A stretch of 64,000 nt of DNA, taken from Macrostomum lignano. Lineage: Eukaryota. A program made the translations under genes and the position numbers. The stretch's first letter is position 1. Every line of letters begins with the position of its first letter. Of this stretch, positions 51,101 through 61,314 are shown piece after piece. The notes below the pieces were generated by a model. That model was not told where the DNA came from, did no database searches, and worked only from the letters and a program-made list of their open reading frames with translations. The stretch spans positions 405,284-469,283 of the forward strand of contig NIVC01000702.1 of NCBI GenBank assembly GCA_002269645.1. Reading direction: 5' to 3'.

Positions 51101-54100
51101 TACTAAATAACCCACTTATTAACCTACTAAATAACCCACTTATTAACCTACTAAATAACCCACTTACTAACCTACTAAATAACCCACTTATTAACCTACT
51201 AAATAACCAACTTATTAACCTACTAAATAACCAACTTATTAACCTACTAAATAACCAACTTATTAACCTACTAAATAACCCACTTATTAAACTACTAAAT
51301 AACCCACTTACTAACCTACTAAATAACCCACTTATTAACCTACTAATTAACCTACTAAACAACCTACTGACAAACTTAGAGACGGATCCAGACAGACCCA
51401 TTAGTCACCCGATAACGCATGACTGCTGCAGAACTGACCTGTTGAATTCTCATATGCTTGATGGTCTCCCTATACCGCAGGCTGATCGCATAGTCCATGC
51501 TGCTAGTTAGGCTAAGCCGCACTAGAAATGTGCCAACCGGCTGACCCAGCAGGGCGTCACGCGCCATCTCGCGGGACATGGGACCGACGAACCAGTCGTG
51601 ATGGTCCAGGGGGTGGCCAGTGCTGTCTGTCGATCCGCCTCGACTAAACCGCCGCGTGATCTGGTCAGGAGCAGGAGGAGGCTGGTCGCCGTTGACCGGC
51701 TGGGGCTTCGGCGACGGCGAGAATTCCTCGATAACAGCAGCGGGAATTCTCAATGGCATCAGCTGATTGGGAGCGGACGGCGAGAACTCCGTGGCGTCTG
51801 TTGAATGTCCTGCGGAGTCGAGTGGGGATTGAGCGCTTGAGAGGCCGATTCTCAGGGTGGATTAGAGGGAGATTCTCAGGGTGGATTAGAGGGCGATTCT
51901 CAGGGTAGATTAGAGGGCGATTCTCAGGGTGAATTAGAGGGCGATTCTCAGGGTAGATTAGAGGGAGATTCTCAGGGTGGATTAGAGGGCGATTCTCAGG
52001 GTAGATTAGAGGGCGATTCTCAGGGTGAATTAGAGGGCGATTCTCAGGGTAGATTAGAGGGAGATTCTCAGGGTGGATTAGAGGGCGATTCTCAGGGTAG
52101 ATTAGAGGGCGATTCTCAGGGTGAATTAGAGGGCGATTCTCAGGGTAGATTAGAGGGAGATTCTCAGGTGGATTAGAGGGCGATTCTCAGGGTAGATTAG
52201 AGGGCGATTCTCAGGGTGGATTTGAGGGAGATTCTCAGGGTGGATTAGAAGGAGATTCTCAGGGTGGATTTGAGGGCGATTCTCAGGGTGGATTTGAGGG
52301 CGATTCTCAGGGTGGATTTGAGGGCGATTCTCAGGGTGGATTGGAGGGCGATTCTCAGGGTGGATTAGAGGGAGATTTTCAGGGTGGATTAGAGGGAGAT
52401 TTTCAGGGTGGTTCTCAGTACTGAATACACTGACGCTTATGGGAAATACAAAGCATGCTACTCATAAGTAGCCACAATCGAAACTCACTAGTCTGAACAG
52501 CTGGCGCACTATTGGGACCTCCTGGCGCGGAATTGGCACCGGCGCCAAATTCGCCAAAGCGCGGCGCAATGATCTCAGAATTGGACCGATCGGGCCGGCT
52601 GGGAATGCAGGCGGGATGCACTTTCTTGCCAGTCTTCCTGCACCTGTAGCCCTGATAGAAGCAGCCAAGAATGAGCCTATTGCACACCGAACAATAGGTT
52701 GGCAGATCGAACGTGGCCGGCTCGAAGTAGTGGCCAAACATGTTGAAATTCGGCGGAGCGAGCACCTCTTTAGAGCGCTGGAATGCTTCCAGCCAGCGCC
52801 GCCGGGACTCCTTGGTCTTGGCTATGAACACCATGTTGATGCCGTCTTTGGAGCCCTGCTGCTGCTGCTGCTGTTGCGGTTGCGGCTGGTCGCTGACTGA
52901 GAACAGCCAGGTCCATTTGGTGTTGCCAGCAGGTTGCGGCTGCTGCTGTTGCTGGGGTGACACCTGCTGCTGAGCAGTCTGCAGTGGCAATTATTAGCGA
53001 TTTGTAGCCCCACTATCTCATTCCATACGATCTCTAATCTCACGATAAAAATGCCTAATCTCACCCTAAAGAACCTATGATCTCAACCTATGGAATTATG
53101 GAATCTCCAATCTAACCCTAAAAACTCCAGTCTTCCAATAAAGAATCTCCGAACTCACCCTAAAGAATGTCTAATCGCACCCTAAAAAACTATAATCTCA
53201 CTCTAAACAATCTTCTTTTTCACTCTATAGAATCTCTTATCTCACCCTTTAGAATCTCCTATCTTACTCTACACAGAATCTCTTATCCTATCTTACTCTA
53301 GATAGAATCTTTTATCTCACCCCATAGAATCTCCTATCCTATTCTAACCTATAGAATCTCTAATCTCACCCTGTAAAATCTCTTATCACACCCTATAGAA
53401 TCTCCTATCCTACTCTACAGAATCTCCTTTCTCACCCTAGCGAATTGTCAATCTATTGATAATATCTAATCTCACCCTATACAGTCTTAAATAAGACTCT
53501 GAGAAGTCTAAAGAATAAAGAAGCCAATAAACAAATAAAAAAGCAGCACAAGCCGGAAGCCTCACCGTCTGTTGCAGCTGTGCAACGCTCTTCTTCCCAG
53601 TCGGCGGGCAGTCAATCGGTTTAATAACCAGATCGGTTTTAATGGCGAACACATTTTTAAATATGTAGCCTTCTTTGCCGGGTCCCCGACTCTTTACCAG
53701 CATGCAGATCCGGTTCCATAGGAAACAGTAGCGCAATTTACTACCGGAAGTAGGCCTGTTAGGATCGTTAGCCACCTTCAATTCTTCGTCAATCTGCAAG
53801 CGGCCATAATCGATGAGTCGCATAGAGGGTGGCAGGTCTAAATCGTCAATGGTGTTCTGAATCTGATCAATCAATGCCATCATTTCCAGGTCGCGTTTCA
53901 CTTCGTTAACATAGTCCGCAACTTCGCACATCGCTTCGTGAGCTTCGCGTAATTGGGATAAATCTAATTGGGAAGCTGACTGCTGCTGCTGCGGCTGAGC
54001 TGCCAGCTTCTCTTCAATACTGATGAGGCTGCGGAGTAGCAGGTGATACTTGAGCACCCGTTGCACCGGTACGGTGAGATATTCGCTCAGTTTAAACAAT

Positions 54101-55317
54101 GCCCGACAATTGCTGAGATGCTGTTGCAATTCGTCGCTTTTACGCTTGTCGCATTTGCAAGCGTTCTCAACCAGCTTCTGCGCCCTGGCCAAGTGGCCGC
54201 TGTACTGACCATAAACCAGCATCCGGTCTTTGAATGAGCTGAACACTTGAGGCAGAGACTTAGCGTGCTCAGGCTTCAACACTACAGCAATTTGAAGCTC
54301 CTGCAGCAGTTTTTGATGCAAGCTGGACAGCTCGGGCAGAAATTTGAATATTGTATCGACTTCATCGGCTGACCAAGCCGACTGCTTGGCTTTCATTGGC
54401 TGCATCACGTCTTCTACTAGGAGACGAAGTGTCTCAACGTAGTTACGTTCGGTGTCTACCATCTCCTGGATGCACAGATCCTGCGGTGTCAGACCTTTGA
54501 CCGGCTGCTGCTGCTGCTGTTGTTGCTGTTGCTTCTGTTGCTGTTGCTGCTGCTGAGGCTGCTGTGGCTGCTTCCCCCTCAAGTTGATGATGCAATCGTA
54601 GACTTTCTCTTCGACTTGTTGAGAGCAGCAGCTGCTGACGCCGCTGGTGTTGAGACTGACATCAGCAATTGCTTGGTTCAACTGCTGCTGCTGCTGCTGC
54701 TGGTCTGTACCGTGTTTCTGCTGCAGCCGGTGCTTGCTGTGCACAGGCGCTGGCTCCGGCACTGAGTCTGCAACAAAACTGTAATAGTCTGACTCCGCCT
54801 GCGGACTGCATCGGGCAATTTCGAACCCGGCAATGCCACTCTGCCTAGCCCTGGGACACCTGGACAAGGTTGACAGCGCATCAATAATGCCAATTATATT
54901 CTCCTGTTCAAGCAGATCCTCGGCGCGAAACAGGTCAGATCGTTTTAAACCGAAATAAGATTCGCACTGATTCAGAAAAGCGCCAATATTCTTTTTAAAT
55001 ACGAACGGAGAATTCAGCGTCATCAGTTTGAATCCGTCAAGAGTTTTCAGAGTGATGTCGTTGCAGCTGAGCGCCGGCAGGATGTGGCACAGTAAAATGC
55101 CATCCTTTAATAAGCTCAGCAGATCCACCACTGTAGCCTGCGGATCGCCAAGCACAGTCTGAGCAGTCTGCAAAATATCCGGCACATTTTCTAAGCACCG
55201 GAACAGCCACTCTGCGCAGGGTCGCCATTGATTTTTAACGGCTTCATCCGAACTGCTACTAAAAGTAGCATTGTTATTAGTTGACGCCAGATCAGGTGTT
55301 GCTACTGCAGTGGACAT
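48174..55317 (-). CDS. vav: Vav-family Rho/Rac GEF (CH-acidic-DH-PH-C1-SH2-SH3); exons 55317-53566, 52978-52489, 51809-51439, 48701-48174
   Basis: CH domain (LKDGILLCHIL), acidic Tyr sites (SDYYSF, KVYDCI), DH (QEMVDTERNY, PVQRVLKYHLLL), PH, C1 (HYF..CSVC..QGYRC..HPAC), SH2 (WFVGPMSR..FLVR..KHMRI|..YYL..FPSIPALVEHY) and C-terminal SH3. Splice phases are consistent. There is no N-terminal SH3, as in other invertebrate Vavs. Confidence 0.93.
48785..51370. repeat. 24-bp minisatellite AACCTACTAAATAACCCACTTATT, vav intron 3
   Basis: About 2.5 kb homogeneous array; source of the LFSRLISG ORFs. Confidence 0.97.
51845..52420. repeat. 25-bp array GAGGGCGATTCTCAGGGTGGATTA, vav intron 2
   Basis: Direct reading. 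Confidence 0.93.
53015..53480. repeat. Degenerate AGAATCTC/AATCTCACCC array, vav intron 1
   Basis: Direct reading. Confidence 0.75.
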
Positions 55318-55486
55318 TGTTGTATCGATTGGTAGCGGCGGCAATTGGCGACGACCCGACAATGGGCGGCCAGATTTTGGGCTGCAAGTTTTTTTGGATC
55401 GGCTGCTTTTAGCGTTTCACATTTGATTTAGAATTTTACATTTTAATAACTTAAACAATCCCAGAGCTACTCCTCGGGGGGGGGGC

Positions 55487-55647
55487 GCCCTGATGTGCCA
55501 GCGACCCAGGCTCGATTCCAAGTGCAGTCGCATTCATTTTGAGGCTAAACTGGAATTTCGGCTTGGCTCTGCTCGTGCAAGTTAACACCTTTGAGTGCCA
55601 GACCCAAGGCACAGTGAAATGTACATGCCTAACGATAAATAAAGTCA
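55487..55647 (+). mobile_element. tRNA-derived SINE-like repeat, copy B
   Basis: GCCCTGATGTGCCAGCG..CCAGGCTCGATTCCAAGTGCAGTCGCATT...TACATGCCTAACGATAAATAAAGTCA is shared with copy A. Confidence 0.6.
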
Positions 55648-56339
55648 GGGCTGCTGTACACTCCTGTGTGAGTTTGTGCCTGTGCGTATGACTGCGTACG
55701 TATCCGCGCGCTTGTGTGCCTGCCCAGGGGAGTCGGCGGAATGGGCAGTAATGCCTCTCGCCGGTTGTGTGACAATGTCGCTTAAGGTGCGCCAGGGTGC
55801 ACACAACCCCCTGCCTCCAACTAAAAAGTATCCTAAAAGAGCATTCACAATCCTTGATTATTACTCACAGCACAGCAGACGACTTTAAAGCCAAGGCATC
55901 CCAATGCAATTTCAATTCAGCAACGCTAAATCTTTTGTTATTGTATGCCGTATTCTTTTTAGCATTCATTATAATAGGCTATATTATGAAGAACTAGATA
56001 GATAAAATTATTCCAGCTAGCCTAGATATATATATAATGAAGAGAAGGAGAGAGACAGGGAGGCGAAGAAACAGTGGGTTAGGGACAGAGCTGAATGATC
56101 AAATTAGAAGCCAAAGAAGCCATTATTTGTGCACTTGACTTTTGCATCATTTTTTCAATTGAAAAGACTAAGTAGAATTAATATACAAAAAATTAGTATA
56201 AGACAGAAAGATCGGTAAATTGATACGCGACTGAACAATATTCTGAAGCCAGCTTAGCTAACAACAGGCCTTATTCATTCTAGAACCCATAGGAAACATG
56301 CATATATGCTATTTGCGCACTATACCAGTTGGAAGTCAA

Positions 56340-56710
56340 ATTAACCCATGCCTACTGTGCCTACTGTGCGTCTTATGCTGTGGCAAAGACAACCAAAGCA
56401 CGCACACTCGCTCACACAGGAGGTACAGCGCCCCAATTCGGACAGATGTGCAACCGACAGCTCAGCCGCAGCTATTGCGCGGCGCATCTGAAGGCTGCGT
56501 ACGGCTGTTCAGTCCAAGGACTGGGGGGGGGGGGGGTTGCCACACACAGCCTCAATTACCCCAGCTAATGCTGGCACCCATTTTACAACTGGGTGAACTG
56601 AAGCAATGCAGAGTTTAGTGTCTTGCTCAAGGACACAAATTGTTCCGAGTGGCTCGAGAATCGAACCCCCGACCTTCAAGTCGTGAGTCTGACGCTCTAA
56701 CTACTCTCCC
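56340..56710 (-). mobile_element. SINE with tRNA head and CORE-like segment
   Basis: Minus strand reads AGTAGTTAGAGCGTCAGACTC..GGGGTTCGATTCTCG (A/B boxes), then GTGTCCTTGAGCAAGACACT, which resembles the CORE-SINE motif TGTGACCTTGGGCAAGTCACTT. 3' boundary approximate. Confidence 0.65.
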
Positions 56711-57284
56711 CTCCTCTAACCCTCCTCTCAAGTATGTCGTCAAGCATGTAAACTTATTGTGCCTTGAGGGTTGGTCCCAAAAAAACTGATGCAGATTAGC
56801 ACTTACGCTCACTAGGAAGACAATTCAAACTCAACTTATAGATGCAATACTGCAGCAAAAAAAACCAGTCAAATCTAAAATTCATCGGCCTCTCCTAAAT
56901 ATCGCCAGAAAATGCACGAAAAAGTTGATGCCCGTTTCGAAATTTCTCGAATGGGAGATTTCTACCAAATATCCCATTGGCCACGGAGTGCAGGAGCTGC
57001 ATGAAACGATCTAGAAGCCCTGATAGATAGCAAATGACGGTTAAAATAGGAAATTCAGAGCAAAAAACCCAGATAAGGACTGGAAGCAAAAACGGTCAAT
57101 AGAGTGACTTACTATACTCTACACTTCAGAATCCTTTCTTATCATCAACTGCAGGATTTAATAAGAAATTGAGCACTAACTCACTTTGCCAAGACTTAGT
57201 GATGGGTGAACTGGCGCACTTAAAATGAACTGGATGGATATGAGGAAGCCTATGAGGAAACTTTTGAGTGGCCAACAGCCCTGC

Positions 57285-57910
57285 AATTGGGGATCTGGGA
57301 GACTGGCCCCAACAACTGGGGATCTGAGAGGATGCTGGTCCAGCAACTGGGGATCTGGGAGGCTGGCCCAGCAACTGACACTCTGGGAGGCTGGCCCAGC
57401 AACTGGGGATCTGGGAGGCTGGCCCAGCAACTGGGGATCTGGGAGGCTGGCCCAGCAACTGAGGATCTGGGAGGCTGGTCCAGCAACTGGGGATCTGGGA
57501 GGCTGGCCAGCAACTGGGGATCTGGGAGGCTGGCCCAGCAACTGAGGATCTGGGAGGCTGGCCCAGCAACTGACACTCTGGGAGGCTGGCCCAGCAACTG
57601 AGGATCTGGGAGGCTGGCCCAGCAACTGGGGATCTGGGAGGCTGGCCCAGCAACTGAGCATCTGGGAGGCTGGCCCAGCAACTGACACTCTGGGAGGCTG
57701 GCCCAGCAACTGAGGATCTGGGAGGCTGGTCCAGCAACTGACACTCTGGGAGGCTGGTCCAGCAACTGGGGATCTGGGAGGCTGGCCCAGCAACTGAGGA
57801 TCTGGGAGGCTGGTCCAGCAACTGGGGATCTGGGGGCTGGTCCAGCAACTGAGGATCTGGGAGGCTGGCCCAGCAACTGACACTCTGGGAGGCTGGCCCA
57901 GCAACTGAGG
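57285..57910. repeat. 28-bp minisatellite (same family as 5385-6605)
   Basis: Same unit and orientation. Confidence 0.93.
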
Positions 57911-58740
57911 ATTTGAGAAGGATAGTGCAGAATGGAGTCTTAACAGAAAGACGAACTATCTAAAACACAGCAAAACAGTCTATTCGCCAAAATGAAAAAG
58001 TAACAAAGAAGAAGTCATGACAACAAAGAACAAAACAAAAACAGGAAAGCCGGGCGGGCCGGGAAAAATTATTGTAATTTTTAATTTCCTCTTTGATAGA
58101 CAAATTGTTTTAACAAGTGAATCACTCTCTGGGCTAAGCGATCTACAAGTAATTGCTAGTATACGCAGCTGAACTTTATAGTACTTCAAGTAGCAGTAGA
58201 AGAGAAATCGGACAGAAGTAGAGGTCAGACAAAAAAGGGTGCCTAACGCAGCTGTACTACATGAAACAATGCGTTTAAAATATATTGAAGAAAAAATATA
58301 GAAACTGAATAAAAACATCTGCAGGTGAACGGGCAAAAATCACACAAAAATAGTTCGTATTGGTTACATAGGCGCAGCGTACTACTGAAGCCGGGAATTC
58401 AATTACTAAGTAGTATAAAACTAACGAAATAGAATAATAGAGTTTGACGCACAAGAAGAGAAAAGCATTAACGCAGCACGTGACAGAGTGGTGTTAGTTC
58501 TAGAATGTAATACGAAGTTACAACTGCTTGATAGAGATGAGACTGGGTGCCAATCCAATAGCAATGAGATCAAAGGAAAGCTTTAAAATGTATTGACAAA
58601 TTTACATTAAGAAATTCAAGGCAAAAAAATAAAATACATGCGATAAAAGTGCTTTAATATTTGATTTAGTGCTTTTACTAATTACAGATTCACCAGGTTA
58701 AAAATACAGTTTTTAACTGTGTTGACTAAAATATGTAATA

Positions 58741-59395
58741 GAAGATCTGGGAGGCTGGCCCAGCAACTGAGGATCTGGGAGGCTGGCTCAGCAACTGAGG
58801 ATCTGGGAGGTTGGCTCAGCAACTGACACTCTGGGAGGCTGGCTCAGCAACTGAGGGTCTGGGAGGCTGGCCCAGCAACTGAGGATCTGGGAGGCTGGCC
58901 CAACAACTGGGGATCTGGGAGGCTGGCCCAGCAACTGACACTCTGGGAGGCTGGCTCAGCAACTGAGGATCTGGGAGGCTGCATGTCCCAGCAACTGAGG
59001 ATCTGGGAGGCTGGCCCAGAAACTGAGGATCTGGGAGGCTGTCCCAGCAACTGAGGATCTGGGAGGCTGGCTCAGCAACTGAGGATCTGGGAGGCTGCAT
59101 GTCCCAGCAACTGAGGATCTGGGAGGCTGTCCCAGCAACTGAGGATCTGGGAGGCTGGCCCAGCAACTGAGGATCTGGGAGGCTGTCCCAGCAACTGAGG
59201 ATCTGGGAGGCTGGCTCAGCAACTGAGGATCTGGGAGGCTGGCTCAGCAACTGAGGATCTGGGAGGCTGGCCCAGCAACTGGGGATCTGGGAGGCTGGTC
59301 CAGCAACTGGGGATCTGGGAGGCTGGCCCAGCAACTGACACTGGGAGGCTGGCCCAGCAACTGAGGATCTGGGAGGCTGGAGCAGCAACTGACAC
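58741..59395. repeat. 28-bp minisatellite (same family as 5385-6605)
   Basis: Same unit and orientation. Confidence 0.93.
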
Positions 59396-59877
59396 TCCCT
59401 GTGAAGTGATAAAGTAGCCAAAATACCTTTTGCAATTAAAATCCAACTAATATTAACACAAGTCTAACTCGTTAGCGTAACAAAAAAGCAAAAACAGTAC
59501 AAGCTCAAGTTCCTAGCAACTGTAAAACGGGTTGTTTTAACGATAGTTTAACTATAAAGGAATAACATACGTAGAAAAAAGGCTAAATTATGAAATCTGT
59601 TGAAGGTAATTTTACAACTTGTTACAAGTGATATACGGCACATAAATAGCTAATTAATTAGAATAAAAATCCAGATATAATGCTTCTGCGTGTGTCAGTC
59701 AGTATTGTGCAAAACAAAATTATGGCGAAAGAGTTTGTGTCAGCTGATTATACATTTCTCAGCTGTGAAATTCGGGGCTGCTTCACTTTAAGGAAAAAGA
59801 GGACTTACTAAAGTTAAAAAGGGTATGGTGTTAAGTATAACAAGCGGTATTAATTAATCATCCTAGAAGCATTTTCG

Positions 59878-60321
59878 AGTCAGACTATATAGACAACAAT
59901 GCGTCAGACTATATAGACAACAATGTGCCAGACTATTTAGATACTAATGTGTCAGACAATAGAGATACCAATGTGTCAGACTATATATATATATATCAAT
60001 GCGTCAGACTATATAGACAACAATGTGTCAGACTGTATAGATATCAAAGTGTCAGACTATATAGATATCAATGTGTCAGACTATATAGACAACAATGTGT
60101 CAGACTATTTAGATACTAATGTGTCAGACAATAGAGATACCAATGTGTCAGACTATATATATATATATCAATGCGTCAGACTTTATAGACAACAATGTGT
60201 CAGACTGTATAGATATCAAAGTGTCAGACTATATAGATATCAATGTGTCAGACTATATAGACAACAATGTGTCAGACTATTTAGATACTAATGTGTCAGA
60301 CAATAGAGATACCAATGTGTC

Positions 60322-60352
<31 letters not shown>

Positions 60353-61262
60353 CAATGCGTCAGACTATATAGACAACAATGTGTCAGACTGTATAGATAT
60401 CAAAGTGTCAGACTATATAGATATCAATGTGTCAGACTATATAGACAACAATGTGTCAGACTATATAAATCACAATGTGTCAAGACTATATAGATCAAAA
60501 TGTGTTAAACTATACAGACATCAAAGTCAGACTATGTCTGTCCGACTATATAGACATCTATGTGTCGGACTATATGGATATTAATGTGTCAGGCTATATA
60601 GATCACAATGTGTCAGACTGCATAGATATCAACGTGTCAGACTATATAGACATCAAAGTGTCAGACAAGATATACATCAAAGTGACAGGCTGTTTAGATA
60701 TCAAAGTGTCAGACTGTTCAGATATCAAAGTGTCAGACTGTTTAGATATCAAAGTGTCAGACTGTTTAGATATCAAAGTGTCAGACTGTTTAGATATCAA
60801 AGTGTCAGACTGTTTAGATATCAAAGTGTCAGATTGTTTAGATATCAAAGTGTCAGACTGTTCAGATATCAAAGTGTCAGACTGTTTAGATATCAAAGTG
60901 TCAGACTGTTTAGATATCAAAGTGTCAGATTGTTTAGATATCAAAGTGTCAGACTGTTCAGATATCAAAGTGTCAGACTGTTTAGATATCAAAGTGTCAG
61001 ACTGTTTAGATATCAAAGTGTCAGATTGTTTAGATATCAAAGTGTCAGACTGTTCAGATATCAAAGTGTCAGACTGTTTAGATATCAAAGTGTCAGACTG
61101 TTTAGATATCAAAGTGTCGGACTGTTTAGATATCAAAGTGTCAGATTGTTTAGATATCAAAGTGTCAGACTGTTTAGATATCAAAGTGTCAGATTGTTTA
61201 GATATCAAAGTGTCAGACTGTTCAGATATCAAAGTGTCAGACTGTTCAGATATCAATGTGCC
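59878..61262. repeat. 24-bp satellite GTGTCAGACT(ATA/GTT)TAGATATCAA with a 172-bp higher-order repeat in its left part
   Basis: Identical ORF starts at 59947, 60119 and 60291 (period 172); homogeneous 24-mers from ~60690. Confidence 0.93.
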
Positions 61263-61314
61263 AGACCCCAAAATTGACCCAACAATGCCAGCCTCAACCA
61301 AGCCCAGCATCCAG

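Noticed and set aside
48948-51401. 494-aa and 207-aa LFSRLISG ORFs
   Set aside because: A 24-bp (3n) array in vav intron 3 that happens to lack stops in one frame.
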